Positions 23,114 through 32,216 of a stretch of DNA of 64,000 bases are shown piece after piece. Origin of the DNA: Thermoanaerobaculia bacterium (lineage in GTDB: Bacteria > Acidobacteriota > Thermoanaerobaculia > UBA5066). The DNA is taken from contig CAVRAY010000001.1 in NCBI GenBank assembly GCA_963719225.1, positions 1,632,001 through 1,696,000 of the forward strand. The letters run 5' to 3'. Both the position numbers and the translations under genes were made by a program. The first letter of the stretch is position 1. Each line of letters begins with the position of its first letter. Under the pieces are notes generated by a model. The model saw only the letters and a program-made list of their open reading frames with translations. It had not been told where the DNA came from and made no database searches.

Positions 23114-23749
23114 CTGATCGGGACTCGAATTCTCCTTGCCGACGACCATGAAGTCGTTCGTCAGGGTGTCCGCGCGCTCCTCGAGAAGGAGGGATACGAC
23201 GTCGTTGCCGAGGCCGGCGATGGCCGTGACGCCATTCGCCTCGCGCAGACGCATCGTCCCGACGTCGCGCTGCTCGACCTGACGATGCCGGTTCTGAACG
23301 GGATCGAGGCCGGCCGGGCCATCCGCGAGGCGTGTCCCGACGTGAAGCTCGTGGCCCTGACCGAGCATACGGAGGACAACTTCGTGCTCGACGCGCTCGA
23401 GGCGGGCTTTCGCGGTTACGTCTCGAAGCTGCAGGCGGTCACGGAGCTCGTCAAGGCGCTCGAAGAAGTCAAGGGCGGCTCGGTCTTCCTGAGTCCCGGG
23501 CTTTCCGACGTCGTCGTCGAGACCTACCTCGGCAAGGTACAGCCTCCAAAGGACTCCCTCACGCCGCGCGAGCGGGAAGTTCTGCAGCTCGTCGCCGAGA
23601 GCAAGACGACCAAGGACATCGCGCGCGTGCTCGGGATCGGCGTCAAGACGGTCGAATCGCACCGCACGCGGATCATGGCGAAGCTCGGGATCCACGAGAC
23701 CGCGGGTCTCGTGAGATACGCGATCCGGCGCGGATTGATCAAAGCCTGA
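23114..23749 (+). CDS. NarL/LuxR-family response regulator (non-canonical start, CTG 23114 or ATC 23117)
   Basis: In-frame RILLADDHEVVRQG...DLTMPVLNG upstream of the tracked ATG; LTPREREVLQL...KTVESHR HTH; GGAGG at 23107. Confidence 0.9.
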   Translation: MIGTRILLADDHEVVRQGVRALLEKEGYDVVAEAGDGRDAIRLAQTHRPDVALLDLTMPVLNGIEAGRAIREACPDVKLVALTEHTEDNFVLDALEAGFRGYVSKLQAVTELVKALEEVKGGSVFLSPGLSDVVVETYLGKVQPPKDSLTPREREVLQLVAESKTTKDIARVLGIGVKTVESHRTRIMAKLGIHETAGLVRYAIRRGLIKA

Positions 23750-23880
23750 GCGGCTCCTAAGGGATTCTTCGGCGTCAAAGACGGGATTCGCCCCATGTTC
23801 GCGCGGCGCTCGAGGGCCTAGGTTTTCCTTGGCACCGGGTGACCCGGAATCCTGCCAATACCGACGAAAAGGAGAACCTC

Positions 23881-24333
23881 ATGGAAACCGCGAAAGTCGA
23901 CATCCGGAAACTCCAGCTTCTCAACGATCGCATCAATCAGTGCATCGATGCGTTGAATCAGGTTCGCGTCTCGGTACACGGCCTCTCCCATGCGTCCGCG
24001 GGCAACCCGGCGGGCCTGGGATCTCCCCTCGCGCAATCGCCCTTCGGCCAGCAATCGCCCTACGCGCAGATTCCCTACGGCGCGCAGGCCTTCGGGGCGG
24101 GTTACGTTCCGGGCCTCGGCCAGCAGACCGGGTTTCAGCAGGGATTCATCTCGCCTCAGGTCCCGGTCGGGATCGGCCAGGGCTTCAGTCCCGCGTTCGG
24201 GCTGAGCCACACGACGCAGGAGGGCCTCGAGAGCCGCCCGGTGTGGACGGATCCGCTCATGGCGGCGCGCATCGCGCAGACGTTCCCGTACCTTTATCTC
24301 TCGGTGTCGCCGGCAGTGGGAACGATCTACTAG
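23881..24333 (+). CDS. Hypothetical protein: N-terminal coiled coil plus Q/G/P/F/Y low-complexity region
   Basis: AAGGAG RBS; METAKVDIRKLQLLNDRINQCIDALNQVR helix, GLSH twice, QSPFGQQSPY-like repeats. Confidence 0.8.
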   Translation: METAKVDIRKLQLLNDRINQCIDALNQVRVSVHGLSHASAGNPAGLGSPLAQSPFGQQSPYAQIPYGAQAFGAGYVPGLGQQTGFQQGFISPQVPVGIGQGFSPAFGLSHTTQEGLESRPVWTDPLMAARIAQTFPYLYLSVSPAVGTIY

Positions 24334-24447
24334 CCGCTTGCCGCGCGCCCGGGTTTATCCGGCGCCGGGAGGAAGCGAATCAGCGCCAGTGGCGGGGCCG
24401 CCCGGTGCGGCCCCGCTGCTTCTCTCCGAGCCGAAAAAGGAGTTGGT

Positions 24448-24993
24448 ATGAACAAGAACGTGGAAACCCTTCCGAACACGGGCATCGACGAGACGATCGG
24501 ACGCATCGAGGACCTCTACCAGAAGGTGACGGGAGTTCCCGTCCCGGCCGGCGATGCTCTCTATTCGCCGATCCCGGCCGAAAGAGATCCCGCCGAGCAC
24601 GTCGAGGAACAGCTCAACCGCCTGCTGGGAATGCTGGGCGGCTGGACGTCGCCGGTGAGTCCTGTGTGGGCGCCGCCGATCTCGATCTCCGAGAGCGAGT
24701 CCGAGATCGTCGTCGAGGCCGATCTTCCCGGAGTCGGCCGGGATCAGGTGACGGTGACGGTCCACGGGAACGCCCTCGTGATCACGGGATCGCGCCTTCT
24801 CTCGCGCGACAACGCGACGCAGCTCCGGCAGAGCGAGCGGCCCCTCGGGCCGTTCCGCCGGGTCGTGATGATACCGGGCATGCGGTCGGGCGAGCCCGTC
24901 GCCCAGATGAAGGACGGCGTCCTCGAGGTCCGGATCCAGAAGGACACGCAGGCGGTGAAGCCGCGGCAGATCGTCGTGAATCACGTGAACTGA
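24448..24993 (+). CDS. Hsp20/alpha-crystallin family small heat-shock protein
   Basis: P.SISE, VEADLPGV, L.ITG.R, ER..G.F.R, A.MKDGVLEVRI.K; AAGGAG RBS. Confidence 0.9.
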   Translation: MNKNVETLPNTGIDETIGRIEDLYQKVTGVPVPAGDALYSPIPAERDPAEHVEEQLNRLLGMLGGWTSPVSPVWAPPISISESESEIVVEADLPGVGRDQVTVTVHGNALVITGSRLLSRDNATQLRQSERPLGPFRRVVMIPGMRSGEPVAQMKDGVLEVRIQKDTQAVKPRQIVVNHVN

Positions 24994-25021
24994 ACGACGG
25001 CCCGAGCCCGCGGCGCGCCAG

Positions 25022-26986
25022 TTAACCGACCCAGACGTCCTTTCCGAAGGCGTGGACGACCGCCTCGTCGAGATCCGAGACGAACGCGACGATCTCGCGG
25101 CAGATGTCGGCCGGAACGAGGGAGCTTCCTTCGAGCTCGCGGCGGTTGCCAGCGGGCAGGAGGATCTTCGCGAGGTTGCGGTTGTAGGCCCCTCGCACCT
25201 TGTACTCGGGCTCTCCGATCGGCTTCACGACGAGGACGTCGTGGGCGTCGGCGACGAGGGCCCCCGTCGACGCGACTGTTTGCGGCACGGGTTTGTCGAG
25301 GAACACGGAGAGGAAGGCCAGCGCCGACGGAAGGCCGGCGGAGAGCCCTCCGGACGGCTCGTCCTCCTTCGTGACCTTGTACGTGTAGCCGTAGTCGAGG
25401 ATGTCGCGCGTTTTTTCCGGCCATTTCGCGCGCGCGTATTCCCGCGCCGAGAAGAACGTATTTCGGACGCCCTGCGTCATCTCGGGCGTGAGGTTTCCGA
25501 GAATCTCCTCGAGGAATCCGCCGCGGCCGCGCTCGGCGGGCCGGCGGGCGGACCAGACTTCGTGCACGAGACCTCGCGGCTTTCCGGCGAGGTGATAGAC
25601 GGCGGCGGCGAGGACGCGACCCACCGGATGCTGCGCGCGTTCCACGGCGTCTTCCAGAGCCGCGGCACGCTTGGCGCAGCGCTCGGCCTCTGCCTTGTGG
25701 CCGAAGATCCCGTGGAAGGCCGCCAGCTGCCGCCAGAGCGACGGCCGGAGCGGTGATGCGTGAAGTGCGGCCTCGAGGCATTCGAGGGTCGTGCGCGCTG
25801 TCTCGGGCCGGCTGAAGTACGCGGCGACGGCGCGCGACGGTTTCTGCCCGTGCCGCTCGAGGAGCCGGCCGATGACGCGAAGGTCGTCGGGCGACTTCTG
25901 GAGGCTCGCGAGGTGGAGGGAGACCGCTTCCTCATCCGCGCCCGCGAGCGCGGCCAGATCGCCGCGGTACTTGAGTCCGAGCGCGTCGTCGTCCCCGTCG
26001 AAGAGCTCGCCGGCGCTTCGACGGTCGCCGCCGAGGGCGAGCGCGATCGCGCTTTCCCGCGGAAAGTCCGGCGCCGCCGATGCCGCGTCCGGAAAGCGGA
26101 TCGTGCTCAGCTTGTCGAGCGGCAGGTAGTGCCGTGCGGCCGCTCGAACGACGTCGGCGAAGGAGGGCCGGTGCATGCGCCGGCGGAAGAGCTCGAGGAA
26201 GCGCCGTTCGTAGCCGGCCGCTTCCTCCTTCCGGCCGAGGAGCCGATAGAGAGACGCCAGGTGCCCCAGCACGGAGACCTTCTCGTAGCTCCTTTCGAAA
26301 TGCTGGTAGACGTTCACGGCCTTCTCCAGGAGATCCTTCGTTCCGATCCGCTCGTAGAGCCGCGCGAGCGCCAGCACCCGGTCGCTGTCGGTCTCGAAGC
26401 CGCGGTCCTTGCCGAGCGATTCCAGGATGGCGCGGGCGGCGTCGAGGTCGCCCGAGAGCTCGGCGATCCAGGCGTTCGCGAGGACGGCGAGCTTGTAGAC
26501 GTCGACGTCCGACGCGCGGTACTTGCGCGCGATCTCCTCGCAGCGCTGGCGCGCCTCGTCCGGACGCTGCTCGAGGAAGAGCCGGAACGCGCGCTCGAGC
26601 TCCAGGAGCGCCGCGGGTTTCCGCCAGAACTGGAACGGCCCGAGCGCGACGTAGTTTCCGGGGCCGCGCTCGCTTTCCCTCGCGAACTGCAGGAGAGAGC
26701 TCAGGCGGATCAAGGCGCCCTGCGCGCGCGGCGCCTTCTCGTGCACCTGCGACCAGCAGGCGATCGCCTCGGAAAGCTCCCCGCGAATGTGCTTGATCTT
26801 CGCGAGGAGGTCGAGCGCCGTCAGATCCTCGGGACGCTCCTCGAGGACGCCTTCGACCTCGGGCTCTGCGTCGTAAAGCTCGCCGAGCTCGACGAGGATG
26901 GAGGCATGGCGGAGGCGGTCGTCGGCGGAATCCGAGATCTCGGCCTGTCCGGAAGCGGCGTCGGTCGTCTCGCGCATGACCCCCAT
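25022..26986 (-). CDS. TPR protein with C-terminal Lon-type (S16) protease domain
   Basis: Helical repeats; C-terminal SGGLSAG (cf. Lon DGPSAG), VASTG, VKPIGEPEYK (cf. PIGG..EK), ILLPAGN; no AAA Walker motifs seen. Confidence 0.75.
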   Translation of the reverse strand: MGVMRETTDAASGQAEISDSADDRLRHASILVELGELYDAEPEVEGVLEERPEDLTALDLLAKIKHIRGELSEAIACWSQVHEKAPRAQGALIRLSSLLQFARESERGPGNYVALGPFQFWRKPAALLELERAFRLFLEQRPDEARQRCEEIARKYRASDVDVYKLAVLANAWIAELSGDLDAARAILESLGKDRGFETDSDRVLALARLYERIGTKDLLEKAVNVYQHFERSYEKVSVLGHLASLYRLLGRKEEAAGYERRFLELFRRRMHRPSFADVVRAAARHYLPLDKLSTIRFPDAASAAPDFPRESAIALALGGDRRSAGELFDGDDDALGLKYRGDLAALAGADEEAVSLHLASLQKSPDDLRVIGRLLERHGQKPSRAVAAYFSRPETARTTLECLEAALHASPLRPSLWRQLAAFHGIFGHKAEAERCAKRAAALEDAVERAQHPVGRVLAAAVYHLAGKPRGLVHEVWSARRPAERGRGGFLEEILGNLTPEMTQGVRNTFFSAREYARAKWPEKTRDILDYGYTYKVTKEDEPSGGLSAGLPSALAFLSVFLDKPVPQTVASTGALVADAHDVLVVKPIGEPEYKVRGAYNRNLAKILLPAGNRRELEGSSLVPADICREIVAFVSDLDEAVVHAFGKDVWVG

Positions 26987-27031
26987 TGTAGTGAGTGCGA
27001 ATGAGACGCAAAACCCTTGCAGCAGAAGCTC

Positions 27032-27059
27032 TTGACAGCCACTCGGGGGGAAACAGAAT
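27032..27059 (+). promoter_or_regulatory. Sigma70-type promoter upstream of the small ORF and ligase
   Basis: TTGACA (27032-27037), 16-nt spacer, CAGAAT (27054-27059) in an intergenic region. Confidence 0.55.
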
Positions 27060-27143
27060 CAGCTCAAATGGCGCCGCAATGCGCAGAAACCGCCAGGACG
27101 AGTAACTGGTTCCCCAATAGAACGATGGGAAGGAAGGTGGACC

Positions 27144-27323
27144 ATGGCACGCATCAAGTCCGGTAAGAAGATGTTGTCGCGAAAGGTCGCGATCGAGTCC
27201 ATGAACTTCGCCCAGGCTCGGAAGCTGCTCGACAAGGAAGGTTTTGCCCGGGTCGTCATCGTCCAGCGCAACGCTCTGGACCCGAGCAAGATCGTTTCCA
27301 TCGGGTTTCACGAAGCCGGTTAA
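27144..27323 (+). CDS. 59-aa small protein (not in ORF track)
   Basis: ATG preceded by GGAAGGAAGG; MARIKSGKKMLSRKVAIESMNFAQARKLLDKEGFARVVIVQRNALDPSKIVSIGFHEAG*; GC-ending codons; promoter upstream. Confidence 0.7.
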   Translation: MARIKSGKKMLSRKVAIESMNFAQARKLLDKEGFARVVIVQRNALDPSKIVSIGFHEAG

Positions 27324-27353
27324 GAGAGACGCGCACACCCGGCGGCCCCTTTC

Positions 27354-28817
27354 ATGAACCGAGAGGCTGCGCTCGGCCTGGAAGAGCTGCGGAAGGTACT
27401 CGAAGAACAGCGACGGGAAGGTGCCGCACCCCGGCCGGGGACCGATGCGGAGAGTGCAAGAGCCGGAGTCAGACGGCTCCTCGCCCGAGAGTTGCTCCTT
27501 TTGAAGCAGACGCTCGTCTACGCGGGCGCGAACGTGCCTTATTACGAGGAGCTGTTTCGGGAACAGCGGTTCGACCCGGACGATTTCCAGACCGTCGCCG
27601 ATCTCCGGCAGTTGCCGCCGCTCCAGAAGCACACGATCGCATCGAACCTCGAGTCATTCCTCAGCCGGAGGGCGATGGTCAATTCGATCGTCTGCACCTC
27701 GGGGACGACGGGCCTGCGGCTTCCCAGATTCATCAGCGAAGAAGAAGACGAGGCTTGCCGGCTGCTGGACAGGATCGACTTCGCCGCTTCGGGCAGGCGG
27801 CAGGAGAAGAAGGCGATTCTCCTGCGCGTGTTTCCCGCGATGCGGCGGTATAGCCGCCCCAGCCGAAACGAGACCTACCTCCAGATTGCAGTGACGCTCA
27901 ACTGGGATTACCCCAGGTACTACACCCGTGTCGATTACTACGATTTTGTCCTCCGGCAGCTCTTCGAGGAGTTCCCGGTGCCGGGAACCGAGGGCCGGGT
28001 GACGGTCGTTCACGTCACGCCTCCTTTCGTGATCCGGTTGCTGACGGAGGAGATGGCGGCGCGTTCCCTGTCTTTTCAAGACACGCGTGTCCGGACGATC
28101 GTCTGCTCCGGCGGTCTGCTGACCGACAGGATCCGCAGGCTCATCGAGCAGAAATGGGGCGCCCAGGCGCTTTCGGTCTACAGTATGACCGAGTCCAACG
28201 CCACGGCCGCGGAGTGTCCGACCTTCCGGAACCGCTACCACTTCAACGCGGCGGTCTATCTCGAGGTGGTCGATCCACTCACCCAGGCGCCGGTTCCGGA
28301 AGGCCATGAAGGCCAGCTCCTCGTGACGACGCTCTTTCCCTTCCAGCAGGCGCAGCCCTTCATCCGCTACAACAGCGGCGACGTCGTGAGGAACTGCGGA
28401 GCGCAGTGCGATTGCGGCGCCATCGCGCCGACTGTCGAGTTCCGCGGGCGACGTGAGCATTGCCTCGACCTGACGGACGTGATTCCCGCCTCCGCAGGAC
28501 ATCGCTTCGTCGCGTCAGCGGACATCCACAACCTCCTCGAGGACATCCCCGAGGTCCCGTCCTTGCTCTACCCGCGGTTCGACCTGAAGCGCGTGAACGG
28601 AAAGAAGGGTTCCGTGGTGGTCCAGCTGAATGTGGAAGCGAGTCACCTCACCGACCCGGCGATGGCCGAGAGGCTCACGCAGCAGGTCACCACCGCCCTG
28701 CAGGCGCAGTACCCGGAGTGGGATTCGCTGATCAGGCGCGGCCGGTTGGCCTGGGACATTCGCTGGCATCACCGGGGCGAAATGGAATCGTTCTTCCGCC
28801 TCTATCCGCCCAGTTGA
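27354..28817 (+). CDS. PaaK/F390-synthetase-like adenylate-forming ligase
   Basis: NVPYY, TSGTTG, YSMTE, YLEVVDP, GQLLVTTL, PFIRYNSGD, CDCG, GR. Confidence 0.88.
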   Translation: MNREAALGLEELRKVLEEQRREGAAPRPGTDAESARAGVRRLLARELLLLKQTLVYAGANVPYYEELFREQRFDPDDFQTVADLRQLPPLQKHTIASNLESFLSRRAMVNSIVCTSGTTGLRLPRFISEEEDEACRLLDRIDFAASGRRQEKKAILLRVFPAMRRYSRPSRNETYLQIAVTLNWDYPRYYTRVDYYDFVLRQLFEEFPVPGTEGRVTVVHVTPPFVIRLLTEEMAARSLSFQDTRVRTIVCSGGLLTDRIRRLIEQKWGAQALSVYSMTESNATAAECPTFRNRYHFNAAVYLEVVDPLTQAPVPEGHEGQLLVTTLFPFQQAQPFIRYNSGDVVRNCGAQCDCGAIAPTVEFRGRREHCLDLTDVIPASAGHRFVASADIHNLLEDIPEVPSLLYPRFDLKRVNGKKGSVVVQLNVEASHLTDPAMAERLTQQVTTALQAQYPEWDSLIRRGRLAWDIRWHHRGEMESFFRLYPPS

Positions 28818-29794
28818 GGAGTACCGCTCTCATTCCGGAATTGGCAGGACGTTTCACACCCCATTTGGTCGTATTGCGCCCAATGTGACCCGAGGCAGCC
28901 TTTTCGGCAGACTGCAGAAACCCGACACGTCCTGGCCATCCACTCTTCGATCTCCCGCCGCGCCACAGCCAGCCGGGCGGCGGACAGGGTGTACGCCGCC
29001 GGCCCCGCCACGTCCCACAGTCCTTTGCCCTTGAAGAGGATGCAGGGCAGCAGGTTGCCGAGCGCGTCGATTCCGAAGATGTCCAGCCCGGCGCGGCATT
29101 CCTGAAACGGCACGTCGTTGAAGATCCTCTTCGTGTTGATTCGATAGCGTTCCCGGAATTCCGCCTGAAGCTCCCGCACGGCTTCTCTCACCGCGAAGCG
29201 TTCGGTTTCCGAAAGTCCCAACGCCTCGTCGTCGTTCAAGAGACCCAGAAGCGTGATGGATTCGGATCCGAGCTCGTGGCCCAGCCGGACGATCTCGCGC
29301 AGCTTCTCGTGGTTGCACCGGGTGACCACGGTGATCAAATGGACCTCGCACCCGGACCGGCTGAGGTGCTCGATCGCCTGCGTGACCCGGTCGAAGCCGC
29401 TCGCGTCGCCCCGCATCGCGTGGTAGGACGCCGCGTCCCATCCGTCCAGCGAGACGGAGATCTCGCTCAAGTATCCGGAGAGCTTCTTCGCCTGGTCGGC
29501 GTCCACGACCGTCCCGTTCGTACAGAGATCCACGCCGTGGCCGAGCCCATGGAGGTAGGCGACGATCTCGTAAATGTCTCTTCTCAACAGCGGCTCGCCA
29601 CCCGACAGAACGACATCGTCGATCCCGATGGCGGACAACCGGTCGGCGATGGCCTTGATCTCGGCGAGCGGCAATTGCGTCCGTCCCTCTTTCTCCACGT
29701 AGCAATGACGACACTCCAGGTTGCATCCCCGCGTGATCTCCCACAGCAATCGGGTCTTCCCGCCACCCGGCCTGAACAAGCACATGTTTTCCAT
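28802..29794 (-). CDS. Radical SAM protein with SPASM/twitch domain
   Basis: CNLECRHC, SGGEPLLR, TNG, SLDG; C-terminal CRAG...GNLLPC...C....CRKGC. Confidence 0.9.
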   Translation of the reverse strand: MENMCLFRPGGGKTRLLWEITRGCNLECRHCYVEKEGRTQLPLAEIKAIADRLSAIGIDDVVLSGGEPLLRRDIYEIVAYLHGLGHGVDLCTNGTVVDADQAKKLSGYLSEISVSLDGWDAASYHAMRGDASGFDRVTQAIEHLSRSGCEVHLITVVTRCNHEKLREIVRLGHELGSESITLLGLLNDDEALGLSETERFAVREAVRELQAEFRERYRINTKRIFNDVPFQECRAGLDIFGIDALGNLLPCILFKGKGLWDVAGPAAYTLSAARLAVARREIEEWMARTCRVSAVCRKGCLGSHWAQYDQMGCETSCQFRNESGTPQLGG

Positions 29795-31011
29795 CAGCGC
29801 CTACACTGCCCGAGCCGGAGCCCGCGATAGACCTCGTGAAACGAATCGCAGATGTGATCGATCTGCGAAGCCGTCAGGGCTTCGTGGGTCGGGAGCGTGA
29901 TGATCGAACCAATCCACGCCTCCGCGTTGCGGCAGCGGCCGGCCTGGTATTGCGGCGCGTACCGGGAGCATGAAAAAGGGCAGTCCGTGAGGCCGTAGCC
30001 TGTTCGATTCGTCAGGATCGGGTACTCGTACGCCGGCCGGTAGCCGTATTCCAGCGTATCGGAAACGATCCCTTTTGCTTTCAGCCCTGCGGCGAAAGCC
30101 TCGGTCCCGTCCCGGTCCAGACCACGAAGATGGACGACGAGCGCGTACGCATTGGCCTTGCTGCCGGGGACCGATTCATAGGCTTCGGCCGCGGTGCAGT
30201 CGGCCAGCCGCTCCGTGATGCTCCGGGCGTGGGCGGATCTTTTTCGAATCTTCTCGTGGAGCTTCGCAACTTGACTGATGCCAAACGCGGCGGTGAACGC
30301 GTTGACTTTGTAATTCCATCCCAGGACGTGACCGGCGCGCCGGTGAATCGCGTCCCACCCCGCGCCCTTGCGGTACACCATCCCGTATCGCTGAATCTCG
30401 CGCATCCGATCCGCGAGATCGTCATCGTCCGTGAGCGTAAAGCCCCCTTCTCCGGTGGAAATCAGCTTTCGCTCGTGCGTGCTCGCGCAAGCCGCCACCC
30501 CGAAGGTGCCGAGCTTCCTCCCGTTGACGGAGGCTCCGACCGAGAGCGCGATGTCCTCGACGACCGGCACCCCGCGTGCTTCGCAGACGCGGGCGACGGC
30601 CTCGACATTCATGGGGTAGCCCCACATCGGCACACATACCACGGCCTTCGTGCGCGGGCCGAGCTTCGCTTGCAGATCGTCGAGGTCAAAATCGAAGCGA
30701 TCGGGTTCGACGTCCGCGAAGACGGGGATCGCATTCTGAAAGAGAACCGCCAGGACCGATTCGATCGTGCCCGCCGGCGACAGGATCACTTCGTCCCCCG
30801 GGCCGATCTCGAGGGCGGCGAGGGCGCCGTGAATCGCCGTGGTGCCCGACGAGAACGCCAGGGCATGCCGGACGCCGAAATACCTGGCAAGAGAGGTTTC
30901 GTACTCTCTGACGAGCTCGCTGCCCCCGGACACCGTCCGGCAGCCCGCGGCACGCTTCAACTGGGCCAGGTCGCAGTCGTCGACGTCGACGTGAAAAGAG
31001 CGCAGGTTCAT
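29794..31011 (-). CDS. DegT/DnrJ/EryC1/StrS-family PLP aminotransferase
   Basis: SSGTTAIH, GDEVI, PVFADV, EDIA, STHERKLISTGEGG (catalytic Lys), GWNYK, ITLPTH. Confidence 0.92.
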   Translation of the reverse strand: MNLRSFHVDVDDCDLAQLKRAAGCRTVSGGSELVREYETSLARYFGVRHALAFSSGTTAIHGALAALEIGPGDEVILSPAGTIESVLAVLFQNAIPVFADVEPDRFDFDLDDLQAKLGPRTKAVVCVPMWGYPMNVEAVARVCEARGVPVVEDIALSVGASVNGRKLGTFGVAACASTHERKLISTGEGGFTLTDDDDLADRMREIQRYGMVYRKGAGWDAIHRRAGHVLGWNYKVNAFTAAFGISQVAKLHEKIRKRSAHARSITERLADCTAAEAYESVPGSKANAYALVVHLRGLDRDGTEAFAAGLKAKGIVSDTLEYGYRPAYEYPILTNRTGYGLTDCPFSCSRYAPQYQAGRCRNAEAWIGSIITLPTHEALTASQIDHICDSFHEVYRGLRLGQCRR

Positions 31012-32216
31012 GTCGCCTGCCGGAAGGAGGCATGGACCCGGCGAAACGCGTCACTGATGTGGGCGATCTCGGGGTCGCCGAGCCCCTCGTGCGTGGGAAG
31101 GGTGACGATCGAAGCCGCGAGCTCCTCCGCGTTGGGGCACCGGTCCGTCCGATACGGCGCCGGGAACCGGGGGCAGGAAAACGGACAGTCGGTGTTCCCA
31201 TATCCGGCCTGCCCCTGGAACAGCGGATACTCGTAGAGCGCCCTGTAGTCGTACTCGAGCGTATCCGACACGATCCCTTCGGCGGCGAGCGCGCGGGCAA
31301 AATCGACGGCGGTCCTGCCGTGCACCGGGTCGATGTGCACGACCAGCGCGTAGTAGTTCGCGCGACTCCCAGCGGCGGGCCTGTACACGCGTGTGCCTGC
31401 CAGGTCGAGCAGCGAGCCCGCGATCCGCTCCGCGTTCCGGGTCCTGCGCCGGATCTTTGCCTCGAGCTTCCCGACCTGACTGATCCCGATCGCGGCTGTG
31501 AAGGCGTTCAGCTTGTAGTTCCAGCCCAGGGAGTGGCCGCCGCCGTCCCTCATGTGATCCAAATCCTTGCCGGAGGCCGCCGTCATCCCGTACCGCTGGA
31601 ATTCGCGCATGCGCCCGGCGAGCGTGGCATCGTCGGTGATCGTGAAGCCGCCTTCGCCGGTGCAGATCAGCTTTCGCTCGTGCGTGCTGGCGCAACCCAC
31701 CGCGCCGAACGTTCCGAGCTTCCTTCCTTCGAAGCAGGCGCCGGTCGCCTGCGCGATGTCCTCGATCAGCGGAACGCCTCGCCGTTCGCAGAGGCGCGCC
31801 AACGCCGCGACGTCCTGCGGATAGCCCCACAGGGGCACGCAGGCAACGGCTTTCGTCCGGGGCCCGATCTTGCGCCCGAGATCGTTCAAGTCCAGGTCGA
31901 AGCAACCCGGCTCGACGTCGCAAAAGACGGGCCTGGCATTCTGAAAGAGGACCGGCAGGCCGGTCATGACGGGCGCCGCCGCGGTCACGATGACCTCGTC
32001 GCCGGGCCCGACCCCGACCGCCGCCATCGCCCCGTGAATCGCAGCGGTTCCGGACGAGAACGCGACCGCGAAGCGCGTGCCGAAATAGCGCGCCAGATGC
32101 TCCTCGTATTCACGGACCGTTTCGCTGCTGCCGGAGATCCGGTCGGAGTGCAGCAGTCGCTCGAGCTGGTCCACCTCGCTCTGGTCGAAAGAGACGGCGC
32201 AGGAATCGACCCTCAT
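31008..32216 (-). CDS. DegT/DnrJ/EryC1/StrS-family PLP aminotransferase (paralogue)
   Basis: SSGTAAIH, EDIAQA, STHERKLICTGEGG, GWNYK, VTLPTH. Confidence 0.92.
   Translation of the reverse strand: MRVDSCAVSFDQSEVDQLERLLHSDRISGSSETVREYEEHLARYFGTRFAVAFSSGTAAIHGAMAAVGVGPGDEVIVTAAAPVMTGLPVLFQNARPVFCDVEPGCFDLDLNDLGRKIGPRTKAVACVPLWGYPQDVAALARLCERRGVPLIEDIAQATGACFEGRKLGTFGAVGCASTHERKLICTGEGGFTITDDATLAGRMREFQRYGMTAASGKDLDHMRDGGGHSLGWNYKLNAFTAAIGISQVGKLEAKIRRRTRNAERIAGSLLDLAGTRVYRPAAGSRANYYALVVHIDPVHGRTAVDFARALAAEGIVSDTLEYDYRALYEYPLFQGQAGYGNTDCPFSCPRFPAPYRTDRCPNAEELAASIVTLPTHEGLGDPEIAHISDAFRRVHASFRQAT

Noticed and set aside
27060-27090. AAATGGCGCCG as a tRNA 3'-end att remnant bounding the radical SAM cluster
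   Set aside because: Only about 6 bp match the tRNA-Arg end region and there is no second integrase; island status of the cluster is unproven
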